This document shows, one piece after another, positions 1 to 11,434 of a stretch of 64,000 nt of DNA; the stretch's first letter is position 1, and every line of letters begins with the position of its first letter. Below the pieces are notes generated by a model. It was not told where the DNA came from, searched no databases, and worked only from the letters and a program-made list of their open reading frames with translations. The translations under genes and the position numbers were made by a program. Source of the DNA: Camelus dromedarius (Eukaryota); the NCBI RefSeq assembly GCF_036321535.1, contig NC_087437.1, forward strand, positions 38,318,001 to 38,382,000, read 5' to 3'.

Positions 1-1944
1 TCAAATGAACTCTTAGAAATGAAACACCCAGTCCTTTCTTTGGCAGTGCTGAAATCAACTACATCGTTCTTTTACTCACTTATTAATTATTAAGTATAAA
101 CTATTTGCCCATAAATAGTCTAAAAACTAGTAGTCAAACACAATAGATAAGATTTCTGCTCTAGGATTTCAGTTTATTTCAGTCTATTGAAGGGATTAAG
201 ACATGAAATAATTTTTCAAAATAATATATAACAATTTTATATAAATACAGTGTGCAGGATTCTTAAAAAGCAGATAAACCTAGATTAAAATGGTAGCATT
301 ACCACATACAAATATGGTAAGTTTACCTATTCATTAATACTATCTTTAAAATAAAAAAAAGACAATGCTTTTTTTGTGCTTAACAAGTAATAAGTATTCA
401 ATAAATTTTATCTATTATTTTAGCATTAGCATCAGCTATAACTGTCCAGAGTCCTGAATGTGCTATAAGCATGTAAAAAAGGTAACTGTATCTTGGAAAG
501 CTTCAAAAATTCAGTTTTATTTCCCTGGACTTTAAAAGGCTAATTCAATTTTATAAGTATTCAAGGGTATAGATTTTCTAAAAGTTGAAATAGCCCAAGA
601 AAGGTCTTACTGGCTTTTAAGGAATTATATGTATTACATGTGATTGGATCAAAGGGTATCCAGCAATAAGATAGGAAAGTTAGCTTGTATTCAGATAAAT
701 GAAATAATTTACACAACATGATCATTAATACAGGAAACTTCAGGCTCCCTAACTGGAACAAGGAAGGTCCTGAACTTCTTTCCAGATCTTTAGAGACTAC
801 TGAAAACACTTATACAATTCTGTTAACTTTCTTAGATTTCTTAGTTAAAAAATATTATTTAAAAAGGAGATTGGGGTTAATAAAAACAAAAATAAAAAGA
901 ATTAAAGATCCTGAAGGAAAGTAATAAAATTTTGATACTCAAATTGATCAAAAAAAAAAAAAAAAGAAAGAAAAGAAAAAAGACATTCCTACATCTACAG
1001 CTAGGTGAGATAAACAATAGAAAAGAGAAGAAACTTTAGGTAAATGATCAATCCAAAGATTTAGAGGAAAGTGAGTTTCTCATCAATTTTGGGAGGGAAA
1101 GAGTATTATCCAGACCTAAGTTGATGAGGTTTGAAGAAGAAAAGTAAGTTAAGTTTGGCTGTCATTTGGTAAAAAGAAATGGCAGTCTTTCTTTGACATG
1201 TAAATTACTTCTGAAGAGTAACACTCAGCCTCAGGGGACATGGGACAAGGGACATGGGGCAGTTTTGACCTCCACCTTTTAGTACAACCCAAGGCAGCTA
1301 GCTGTTGGTGATGTGCAGTCTCTCAAATGTAAGAAAACTTCTGTTATGCTTTCTTTAATTCACACAGAGTTCTTCCAAACAAAATTAACCATGCCCCTCT
1401 CAAGTTTCTTTGTTCTTGAAAATTTCTGATGAGGTCTCTGTTAGCTCTCAAACTGACCTTGTTTAAATTATGAGTGTAATGTGTGGAGTGGTTCATGGGC
1501 ACAGGAGTTTCATACTGTAATAATTGTATCAAAGGATTTATTATTATGCAGTTTCAGCTAAAGGTATGGTTATTCACACACTCTGAAGCAAGAGTCATTT
1601 TCAGCTACCCTAGGAACGGGTTGTCCTGGTTACGTATCTTTTGCCAGAGGGATGCTAAGCCCTGCCATGCCTTCCCAACCCACCAGGTACTTAACATCGA
1701 CACTGAGCAAAACTTGGCAAGTTCTGGAAATGCACCAGGTGTTCCACAGACCCTTTTAACAATAAGAGATAGTGAAAGCACTCAGAGTTTATAAGGACAG
1801 AACAGCTATCAGATTGAAAAAAATGAGTTTTCTTTCAGCTTCAATTTTTCTTGAAGAAAATATTTTTCTTAAAAGAAACTTGTCTATGTTTGGAAGACCA
1901 CAAACTTGTAGCTTTCTACTATCAGCACTCCAATGTGAGCTTTC

Positions 1945-2116
1945 ATTTTCTTACAAAATTTTTTTTGAAATATAGTTGGTTTGCAATGCTGTTAATTTCT
2001 GGTGTACAGCTTAGTGACTCAGTTTCATATTCTTTTCCACTGTAGGCTATGACAAGGTATTGAATGTGGTTCCCTGTGCTATACAGTGGGACCTTGCTGT
2101 TTATCTATTTCATATA
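1945..2116 (-). mobile_element. 5'-truncated cetartiodactyl-type L1 3' end (antisense) with perfect 14-bp TSD
   Basis: T-tract then GAAATATAGTTGGTTTGCAATGCTGTTAATTTCTGGTGTACAGC...GTTCCCTGTGCTATACAGT; flanking direct repeat CAATGTGAGCTTTC at 1931-1944 and 2117-2130. Confidence 0.9.
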
Positions 2117-2324
2117 CAATGTGAGCTTTCTTGAGCCTGTACTTTTCTTCTTCAGATGTTGTTTTATTATATCACAAGCTTGTGACATATAAAACAGGCT
2201 TGTTGTGTTCTTGTAAAATTCACAGGCTACTGTAAAGAAGCAGAGACTCATGTCTGAAAGGGCAGTAGTGTTGCTTCAGTACATCAGCTCGTTACCTGAA
2301 CCAAGGTCACACCTTCTTAGTAAA

Positions 2325-2781
2325 GAAAGAGAGAAGACTGAGAGTGTGAAGGAAAGAGAGAAGAGAGGGTGTGAGAGTGAAAGCAAGACCCCAAGAGAGG
2401 ATTTAAGAGCGAAAGACTGAATGTGAAGAAGTCTTGGAAAGGCTAAGGAGTAAGAAACACTGAAAGAGAGAGACCCAGAGAGGATGGAGAGAGAGAGGTT
2501 AAGAGAGTGCTAGCATGAGAGCAGGACAGGAATTCTGACAGAATGAGAAGCTGGGGGTGTAAACAAGAAACAGAAGGTGCGGGAGAGCCGAGAGAACAGG
2601 TAAGGACGTGAGAGTGAGTGAGTGCCAGGGAGTGTGTGTGAGCCTGGGAGGGTGTGAGTGTGAGAGCAAGTGAGGAAGAGGCAGGAAGTAGGGAGAGAGA
2701 CACCAAGAGAGGACAGGTGTGGGAGACAGAAAAGAGTGGGAGAGGGAGGAGAAGAGGGTTAGACAGTGTGAGAGACAAGGA
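2325..2781. repeat. Purine-rich (GA/GAGA/GTGA) low-complexity tract
   Basis: About 450 bp of strongly strand-asymmetric AG-rich sequence; the minus-strand ORF 2443-2778 (Leu/Ser/Pro-rich) is a by-product. Confidence 0.85.
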
Positions 2782-3016
2782 GATATCTATATTCTAATGG
2801 AGAAAAAAGAATCTGAGTCTATTTGGAATGTTTTCACAGTGATGAAAATGTAATGAACTGCGACTACACCCAGCAGCAAGTGTGTGTGTGTGGGGGTGGG
2901 ATGGGGGACTGTTTAGAGAATCAAGGCCAGGGTTAATATAAAACATTACTCTCGGGATGAAAGAGAAGGACTAAGTGCTCAATTCTCTCCAAGAAGCCTA
3001 AATACATTTACTTCTA

Positions 3017-3168
3017 GAGTCATCTTTTGGTATCTGTGGGAGATCAGTTCCAGGGCCCCAGCGGATACTGAAATTTGTGGATGCTGAAGTCCCTCACATA
3101 GAGTGGCACAGTACAGTCGGCCCTCAGCAGCCACAGGTGCTGTAGCCGTAGACAGGGAGGGCCGGTTG
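3017..3168. mobile_element. TcMar-Tigger MITE (MER2/MER8-like)
   Basis: GGTATCTGTGGGAGATCAGTTCCAGGGCCCC...GGATACTGAAATTTGTGGATGCTGAAGTCCCT resembles the MER2 5' end; internal hairpin CAGTCGGCCCTC...GAGGGCCGGTTG; preceded by TA. Confidence 0.75.
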
Positions 3169-4734
3169 TCTTGTTCTTCCCCTTCCTGGATAACTCACTG
3201 AAATCCCAAATTTAAAGAGAAATAAATGCATGTCTATATAAATACAGTTTCAAAACTTGCACAAGGGTTTTGCCACCAAATTTACCACCAAATTTTCTCT
3301 ATAATCTATTTCTCCTTTGTTTTGACTTCCTTGATAGCCGGTGATGATAATTAGGAGAATTGGAACTCATTGTGTCTGAAAATGAATCACTTTCTTACTG
3401 CAATAACTGTGCAGAAGTGATATAGGAACAAAATCAAATAGTTGAAGATCAAACCATAAAAATAATGATCATAAAATCCCTTACATAACGATGGCAACAA
3501 CAAATATGTCTAATTTCCTATCCTATTGGTCATGCCTTACCCACTTTTTCATATTTAATTTTAGTTATGTACTCTTTGACCCACAGTAGATATGCATCTA
3601 TACAATCGTTCGTCATTGAAACGTTCAACAACAAAGCTCCACTATATTTGATGATTTGCAACATTGTATTTTTTCTTGCTTTGCAATTGCTATAATATTT
3701 TTAAAAATGTTAACTCTCTTGTTTAGCATTGGAGGATATTGAATGTTTTTTTCATCCCAGGAAGATATTTTTTAAAATTTAAAAATAAGCAGTGTAAAAC
3801 TGTAAATGTCAAGACTGCCAGGAAAATGATTCTAAAATTAGGAAAAGAAATAAAGATAATATAGGAATTGGATTTTATGTTAGAAACAACACTGAGACCA
3901 ACTTGTGATCATGACTAATATATGAAATAGAGTTTGTAGTATGAATATAAATAATACTTGAGGAAACAGAATTCGTTTTATTTCTTTAAATATCTGTGTT
4001 AAATTGTGGCCAAGCTTAAGAATTCTGGCTGGGGAATTTTTTCCCTTTCCTTTTTTTCTTTCCTTTCCTTTTCTTCTTTCCTTTCCTTTTCTTTCTTCAG
4101 ACTGAAATGTTCTTATTACTAATCAACTGAAAAAAAAAAGCAATTCATGCTAACATAGTAAATATTGTGCTCTAAAGCAATTAAGGAGCCACTGTGACAT
4201 ACTGTGTAAACAGAGGAAAATGTCTTTTCCTTCTGATCACTAATAATTTCTCCTTTACGTTGAAAATTCTAATACCCTACATTCAATAAAATATGTTTTT
4301 TTCCTAAGAAGGGTATTTTATATCTCTCTATTGATATGACAATCAGTGGCATTTTTTTTTAGTGTTTCCTTTCATTGATTATCTTCATGCTTAGGAGGAC
4401 AAAAAAGCATCTGACTTTTTAAGTTTTCAAAGGGGCTACCTTCTGTACAGATTGGGTCCCTACATATATAGCAAGGTAGTTTTTTAGGGAGTGCAATTGA
4501 GAACAACATCTGTAAGGTTGGAAGGAAAACAGAGGTGTCAGCCAGTCCTGCAAATTTAGGAGCTGGGACATGACCTGAAATGAGACACAGGGGCTTACCT
4601 TTGTATATCAACTTCAACAGACGGAAGCTGCTCCCAGGAAAAGGGCATAATCTTGGGTGTCCTTTGGTTAGGGCTATTTCTGGGGAGGAATTTAATTGTG
4701 AGACTTCAACAGCCAATAGGATTTAAAGATATGT

Positions 4735-5465
4735 TCATTTTATATAATAAATACTTCACTCAAGTGTTTAAGATCTTAGAGTCTGGTCCTGGGATAAGTG
4801 TGGGGGATACTGAGATAAGTCAGACACAGTGATGTTTACTCTCAGGGGCAGATACCATAATAGGGGATGACAAGGCTCTGAACAAGGGAGCACAATAGAT
4901 CTAAATCAGTGATTTCAACCAGGCATAATTTTGTCACTGGGGGGTGGTTAGCAACATCTGGAGACACTCTTGGTTGCCAAAACTTGGTGGGATGCTACTG
5001 GCATGCTAAAGAGTAGAGGCCAGGGATAGTGCTAACCGTCTTACGACGCACAAGACAGTCCTCCCAAACAAGCTTTATCTGGTCCAAAATGTCAATAGTG
5101 CCAAGGTTGAGTAACCCTGACCTAGATGTTTTCAGAGAAGCCTGTATTGGATACAGTGGGATAAAGTAATGGACATATAAATATTAAGGGTTTTTTAGGA
5201 AATGGCTCTTGGAAAAGATGATAGGAAGGTGTTCATTGTGTAGAGAAGAGGAGGGATAGAATTGCAGGTTATCTATACTATAAAGACAAGATGCATGAGA
5301 CAGACAGGGTAGCTGGAATGCCATGAGCACAAAAGTAGTTCAGGTTAATATTAGAGACAATGTCAAGGCCAGGGAAAAGAATTTAAGTTTCACTTTAAGT
5401 GTTAAGCAAAATCATTGGTTGATGTAAAGCAAACTGGCATGTGCTCTTTAGACCATTCTCACCAC
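4735..5465 (-). mobile_element. L2 LINE 3' fragment (antisense), interrupted by MER20
   Basis: Degenerate L2 motifs such as GGGGATACTGAGATAAGTCAGACACAG and TTTAGACCATTCTC. Confidence 0.6.
4907..5119 (+). mobile_element. MER20 (hAT-Charlie MITE)
   Basis: CAGTGATTTCAACC...GGATGCTACTGGCAT...GTAGAGGCCAGGGAT...CCAAAATGTCAATAGTGCCAAGGTTGAGTAACCCTG; degenerate 8-bp TSD ATCTAAAT/ACCTAGAT. Confidence 0.9.
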
Positions 5466-5748
5466 ACCTGCAGTAGGTGTGTTTGTTGTTCTTCTTGTAG
5501 GGCCCCTTACCTCGTTCATCCCCCATCTTGCTCCCGGATAGTGATTGTTATCTCTGCTCTGGGCATGATCTCTCTTTCAGATCTTCTCAGATCTGCCCTT
5601 GATAGAAAAGGAAAGAAAATAGTTCAGAGAAATTAAATGTAAGAGAAACTAACCAGTTAACTGTAAGATGGTGTTATAATTATGCTAATCACTAATATAC
5701 TACACTGAATCAAAGACAATACTCTCTCCTTGAAAACTGGTATGAGGA

Positions 5749-6236
5749 AAGATAAACAGGTGGGGGGACAAGTAGGTGAAAAAGCTGAAGAGGCACAAAC
5801 TTTCAGCTGCAAAATAAACAAGTTATGAATGTGAAATGAACAGCATGGGGAATATAGTCTATAATTATGTAACATCTTTGTATGGTGACAATGGTAACCA
5901 GACTTATTATCATGGTGGTCATTTTGAAATGTACAGAAATATCAAATCACTATGTTGTATAATAGGAACTCACAATGTTGTAGGTCAGTTACACTTCAAA
6001 AATACACAAAAAAGAAACTCATAGAAAAAGAGATGAGATTTGTGGTTACCAGAGGTGGTGGGTTGGGGGAGGAGGAGTTGGATGAAGGTCATCAAAGGTA
6101 CAAGCTTCCAGTCACAAGATAAATAAGTACTAGGGATGAACTGTATAACATGATCAGTGTGATTAACACTGCTGTGCGTTATATATGAAAGTTGCTAAGA
6201 GAGTAAACCCTAAGAGTTCTCATCACAAAGAAAAAC
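5749..6236 (+). mobile_element. Laurasiatherian L1 (L1MA9-derived) 3' UTR fragment with TSD
   Basis: Two tandem L1 3'-UTR modules (CACAAACTTTCAGCTGCAAAATAAA and GGTTACCAGAGG...TACAAGCTTCCAG...GAGTTCTCATCAC); TSD AAAACTGGTATGAGGA (5733-5748) / AAAGTTGGTATGAGGA (6237-6252). Confidence 0.85.
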
Positions 6237-7119
6237 AAAGTTGGTATGAGGACTCACATTCTGACAAACTAAATTGTCCTTCCCCATCCCTCTTATGTTT
6301 TATTCTTTGCTATTTGAAATTGCACAATTTTTCAAATCCCACTTAAATAAATCAGTGCAGTGAACTGTTACTATTTTAAATGGATAACTATCATTATACC
6401 TCTGAAGCAGAATGTGTTGCTTCATTATCAATGGTAAAATATCTTAAAAAGGTATTGTTCTCTGGCATGTAGGTCAACTTCAGAATTTCCATCAGGAAAC
6501 TGAAGAAGGGTTTGAATCTAATGCAGCACTGAAATTCATTCAATCAATTTGTGTGTCAAGTTTCTTGAAATATTTACAAATTTGTAAAACCTTCTGTTAA
6601 TAATACATATCATCCTCTTAAAAATCTACATTCCAGGACCACTCTAAAGACTTCATAGACCATAGTTAACCTTACTTTTGGATATCCCATTCCACATCAA
6701 ATATATGCAACAGTATATCAAATACATTAAATTACAACCATGTTTAATGATAATATTTTTGCTGTGAATATTTGAATAATATTAAAATGTTACTTACAAA
6801 ATGGTTTGCCTGTGTGGAGCGCAAATATAATGCCTACTTAAAATTTCTTTTGAAGTAAAAATATTTCAGCAATAAAGTATGTCTACAAGGTAGAATTTTA
6901 GCAATATTAAATATCGTCATTTCGTTAAATTAATAGTGTTACTTTTAAGGCAATTTATTAATTTTGCTTTTGTCGCTTTATTTAAACATTTTTAAACTAA
7001 CTCATAATTTTCTTTTTGACTCAAGTATTTTCACAGTCCCTTGGAAAGCTCATGGGAATCAGGTGCCTGTATGTGTGAGGGGACCGTAAACCTTCACATA
7101 TAAAGTAGCCCCTACGTAC

Positions 7120-7545
7120 CCTCTGCTATGAAAATCCACCTACAGGAATTAATATGAAAGAATCAATAAAAATGAGCATCACAATTTATCTATAAATATA
7201 ATTATTGTAGAATATTGTTTATAATAGCAAAATAATATTCTAATGAGATGTTTAATGCTTAAATTCGTATTTACAATAGAACATACAGGTGTTGAATGTG
7301 ATTATTGTCAAATTTGATTTCTTATGGAATAGTGGAAAATAGTAATGTTAAGTTTTAAAACATAATTGGTGGAAAGTATCCATACCCTGACTCCTTTTAT
7401 AACATAAGTATAAATATAACAAGTCTAAAGAATAAGTACTGACATGTATAAAAATGGTATTTTCTTCTGGTCAGAGATTTTTGTGATTTTCATTTTCTTC
7501 ATTTTTATTATCCTATTTTCTGCCTTTCCTATGAGCATGTGTTAC
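7120..7545 (+). mobile_element. Old L1ME-type 3' end
   Basis: Degenerate ATTGTTTATAATAGCAAAA motif and terminal TGATTTTCATTTTCTTC...ATGAGCATGTGTTACTTTT. Confidence 0.6.
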
Positions 7546-8090
7546 TTTTTTTTTTTTTAACAATCTTTTACAATATTTATTCAACATATGCACTGCACTG
7601 TGCTAGCCCCCAGGAGGGACACAGATGTTCTGGCAACTTACTTATGGCCAAGTGAGGAGACAGACATGTACATGTGGAAATGTCATACAGCCTTTTGTTG
7701 AGGTTGAGCATGAGCCAAGTTCTATGAGTCTACGTATGAAAAACGAAAACAATCACAGTTTAAACTAGTAAAACATACACAGAAAAATACTAAATTGATA
7801 TAAAATATAGCCCACTTGCCACTCAATGTCTTCTAAAGCTAGTATTGTACAATATTAGTAATGCTTACTATTTGTTCCTTGATATTTATGTCATTTTTTA
7901 ATGAAAGTTTTCAAATCACAAAAAGCACCCACCCACTAACCACTGAATAAAACATAATAATTAAAAACAAATAAACTAGAAAACTAAGAACAAGCCTACT
8001 GGGTTTCAGTTACACGTTTCCAATAATAGTCTCAAGCTGTTAGACTGCATATGCTATATAAAAGTTGCACTTTTTCTTTCTTTTTAAATT
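7546..8090 (-). pseudogene. Candidate retrocopied mRNA 3' UTR fragment (AATAAA + poly(A)), parent unknown
   Basis: Minus strand reads AATAAA (7581-7576), 17 nt, then A13 (7558-7546); upstream is U-rich UTR-like unique sequence; the distal part resembles an L2 3' end; no clean TSD found and the upper boundary is uncertain. Confidence 0.4.
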
Positions 8091-8309
8091 TGAAAACAAC
8101 TACATTATAAAATTGCTGTTTATTATATACTCTTAGTTATTAAACTTTTTGCCTTGTTATAATCTCCTAATTAAAACAGCTCATGACTTCAGTTTATGAA
8201 CTTATGTTCCTTACTGAAAAGTTCACACTTCCCTTCAGGAATGTGAGGCAAATAAGATTCTACAAATGAACTATGCAACATTCTTCTTTATGGATTTCTT
8301 CTTTAGTAA

Positions 8310-8530
8310 TTTGCCAAGGCATAGTTGTGGGGGTGGTCCACCATACTGGGGAAGAAAATTTTATCATTGACATCATTTAGAATTGATAAACATGGTGATA
8401 GCAAAAAGCAAACTGAAATTAGTAGGTGTATGAATTCTTTTATATGATCTACAGACTACTCCCCTCTACCCTACCATAGCTGTTCATAGATCAGACCTCT
8501 CTTACCTCATGCCTATTGTGTGCTTCTATG
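8310..8530 (-). mobile_element. hAT-Tip100 Arthur1/MER69A-like fragment
   Basis: TTTTATCATTGACATCATTTAGAATTG...CATGGTGATAGCAAAAAGCAAACTGA...CTACAGAC resembles the Arthur1/MER69 consensus. Confidence 0.55.
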
Positions 8531-10064
8531 CTTGCTCAAAATATGTATGAATTTCAAAATGCACAAGTAAAAATGTTACATGTTAACTATACAATGATAC
8601 ATAAGGTTGTTAAGCTTTCTTGGGAAGCTAAATTTAAGACCTGTAGAAAAATTGAGTCAAGGACCAATTTAATAATTCATGAATTAAGATTTATGATGCA
8701 AATGTAATTTAGCCTTAGAATCCTACTGGTCTGAGACAGTTCTGCCATCTAACAAGTATTTGCTGGGCATTCACTTTGTTAGTTTAGAAACACAAGTCAC
8801 ATTATGATAGTCATGGCCAGTGCTCTCAGAGAAGCTTTTACAGTGAGATAAGTAGATTAAAGGAGAGAAAGCCCAACGGTTTTGAGGGTTGTTTATGAGA
8901 AATATTTGGGAACACAGTTTTAAATGAGGATAATGCCAAGAAAAGAAGAACTGCATTTTAAGCTTTGGTGAGAATGACTAACTTAGTGTTGGAAATATAA
9001 GAGATGACACTAAATGGTGAATAATCCAAATTTTACTAATTCAGTGCTCAACAATGTATTTTTACTGATGTTTAGCATAATTGTACATAATGAATTCCTG
9101 CCACAAAATAATTTACACAAAATAATGAGGCTGTGGAAAGCTAGAAGTAATTTTCTAAGTTATATTCCATATATAAGAATTAGTTTCTTTTTTCTTTCTG
9201 GGAATAGCTGTTTTTGAAACAGACACAATATAACAATCTGAGCATTCATTTTGTTGATTTGTATTCTCATTGTCTTTATGGTTCACATTTCCCTGAGGCC
9301 ACAAAAGTACTTTGTTTGAAAAGATTTCTTTCCATTTTCTGCTTGATAAATGTAAACAGTGATGGTGCTAAGGACTTAATTAGTCAGAATAGGTGACTTA
9401 AAAAACATTTGAGCAAGCTTTGCAATTTAGATGATCTGAATGTTTATACAGCAGAATGAACTTTCTCCTAGGTGGGACAAAAATAAAATTGACAAGTTCA
9501 CTGTAATGGCTTATTAATTGAAAGTAATAAGACAGCATTAAAAATAGAGTTATCTGCTATAAACACAAATTTAGTGAAACAACTACTGCAGGTAAAAAGC
9601 ATCTACCAAATGTTCACTTTCCCTGCACCATGTGGCATGATGGCCATTTACAATTTTTTAAACTTACTTTTTAAACTACCAGGCATATAGTCCACATTTT
9701 CAAATCTCTATTAATTTTAGGTTTGAATTAAAATGTATATCACTAGGATGATTATATCCAAATAAGGAACAATGTGACGTGCTTTTGAAAGCTGCTTTAT
9801 TTGGAAAATGCCTTCCACATGCACATAAACACATAGAGTGTCCCAATTTGGAGATCCTTTTTAAAGCAATTACTTCTAGAGACTAACAGTAACAAAGTTA
9901 CATCCAGGGCGGAAAAGCTCTAGTGAGTTCTGAGAATGCCATTTGGTAATAATGTGGTCTATTTTTAACATAATAGACAAATACATTTTCACAAAATGGC
10001 TTACCAGGGATTATTCATGGGCAAATTAAATACATCAAAGTATAGTTTTAAAATATTCCATATC

Positions 10065-10370
10065 TGTATTAGTTTTCTATTGGTATGTAAAAAAACGAGC
10101 ACAAACATACAGCTTTAAACAACCCACATTTATTTCCTTCCTCACTGCTTCTGCGGGTCAGGAGCCCAGGTGCAGCATGGCTGGGTGTTCAGCAAGGCCG
10201 TAGGGCCAGCGCTGGCCTTGTGGGCTGTCAGAATGAGGGCCTCACTTTCTTCTGGCTATCAGCTGGAAGCTTCTCTCATTCCTCCGCCAGGTGGATCTCT
10301 TTCTAGGTACCTCAAAACATGTCAGCAAGCTTCTTCAAAGACAGGAAGGGAGAGTCTGCCTATCACAAAA
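10065..10370 (-). mobile_element. MaLR LTR fragment (MLT1E/F-like)
   Basis: TGTATTAGTTTTCTATTG...CTTTAAACAACCCACATTTATT...GGGTCAGGAG...CATGGCTGGG. Confidence 0.75.
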
Positions 10371-10635
10371 CATTTTCTTCTTTTTCATTTAAATATGAAG
10401 AACGTATCGTTTAAGTGGAAACTGTGTCCCTAGCATATGACGTAACTCTCAGGAAATATCTAAACCACTGGATCCATTTGGGATCTCTTGAGATTCTCTA
10501 CTAAGCAAGAATCGGCAATGGTGTTCCTGAAGGAGCATGAAGATACTAGACATGGTGGGGGGTGGCTGTAGCAGAAGATAATTATGTTTATTATCTAATT
10601 AAAGTTTGAAAACACAGTGGATATGTCTATGATAT

Positions 10636-11045
10636 TGTGGTAGACACAACTGCTTTTCTAAAGATATTTCTAATCCTGTCTTTTACCACTTTCCTCTATA
10701 TTACCTAGAGAGCCAAATTCTCACTTTCCCAGTCTCTCTTGCAGCTAGTTGGGGCCAAATTACTCAGTTTTAGAACATAATAAATAAGCAGGTAAGTTTT
10801 GGGATGGAGGTGCTTTGGGGAAAAATTCTTCATTTTTTGATTAAAGCAAAGCCATGTCTGGTATATCCCTTCTGTCTTTTCTAGCTTAAAGGCAAAAACC
10901 ATCTTGCAACTTTGCTGAATATTTAAGATAATCATAGAAATATCAGTAGGAATGCCACTGAGCGGTTGAAAGGATAGCAATAACTTTTTACATCTATGGT
11001 GCTGGGTTTTCTGTTTCTTGCAGCTAGGTGAAATCTTAACTAATA
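10636..11045 (+). mobile_element. Old MaLR LTR (MLT1I/J/K-like)
   Basis: TGTGGTAGAC start; TTCCCAGTCTCTCTTGCAGCTAG; end GGGTTTTCTGTTTCTTGCAGCT...CTTAACTAATA. Confidence 0.65.
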
Positions 11046-11198
11046 GAGGAATTTATACTGTAAACTACAGAAATAACACTAGGCAAAGATAGCACTGAAA
11101 GAACCATGGATTAAAATAATTGATAAACACTGACCTTTAAATTATTAAAGAGGTCTATTATACATTTTCCCAGTAGGTGTCCTCTGTTAAGACTTTTC

Positions 11199-11364
11199 CA
11201 GTGCTCCTTAAAGTTTGATGAATATTTGTATCACCTGGGGATCTTCGCAAATCACACATTCTGATTCTGTAGGACTGGCACAGGGACTGACAATTCTGCA
11301 TTTCTCACAAGCTCTGAGGGGCTGTCAATACTACAGGTTCACAGAATATACCTTGAGTAGCAGG
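11199..11364. mobile_element. MER5A (hAT-Charlie MITE)
   Basis: ATCACCTGGGGATCTT...ATTCTGATTCTGTAGGACTGG...TCTGCATTTCTCACAAGCTC...CCTTGAGTAGCAGG. Confidence 0.8.
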
Positions 11365-11434
11365 TTCAACAGCCCTCATTTTTCCTGCTATCTATTTTCT
11401 ATTCATAATAACAAAAAAACTACTATCCATCTCA

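Noticed and set aside
2443..2778. 111-aa minus-strand ORF
   Set aside because: Low-complexity Leu/Ser translation of the GA-rich tract
3341..3380. C-box/D-box-like pair (GTGATGA...CTGA); a similar pair occurs near 14695-14731
   Set aside because: Only about 40 nt apart and no terminal stem; too short for a C/D snoRNA
4372..4716. 114-aa minus-strand ORF
   Set aside because: Non-ATG start, no recognisable domain; the region looks like an old LTR remnant (CCCAGGAAAAGGGCATAATCTTGGG)
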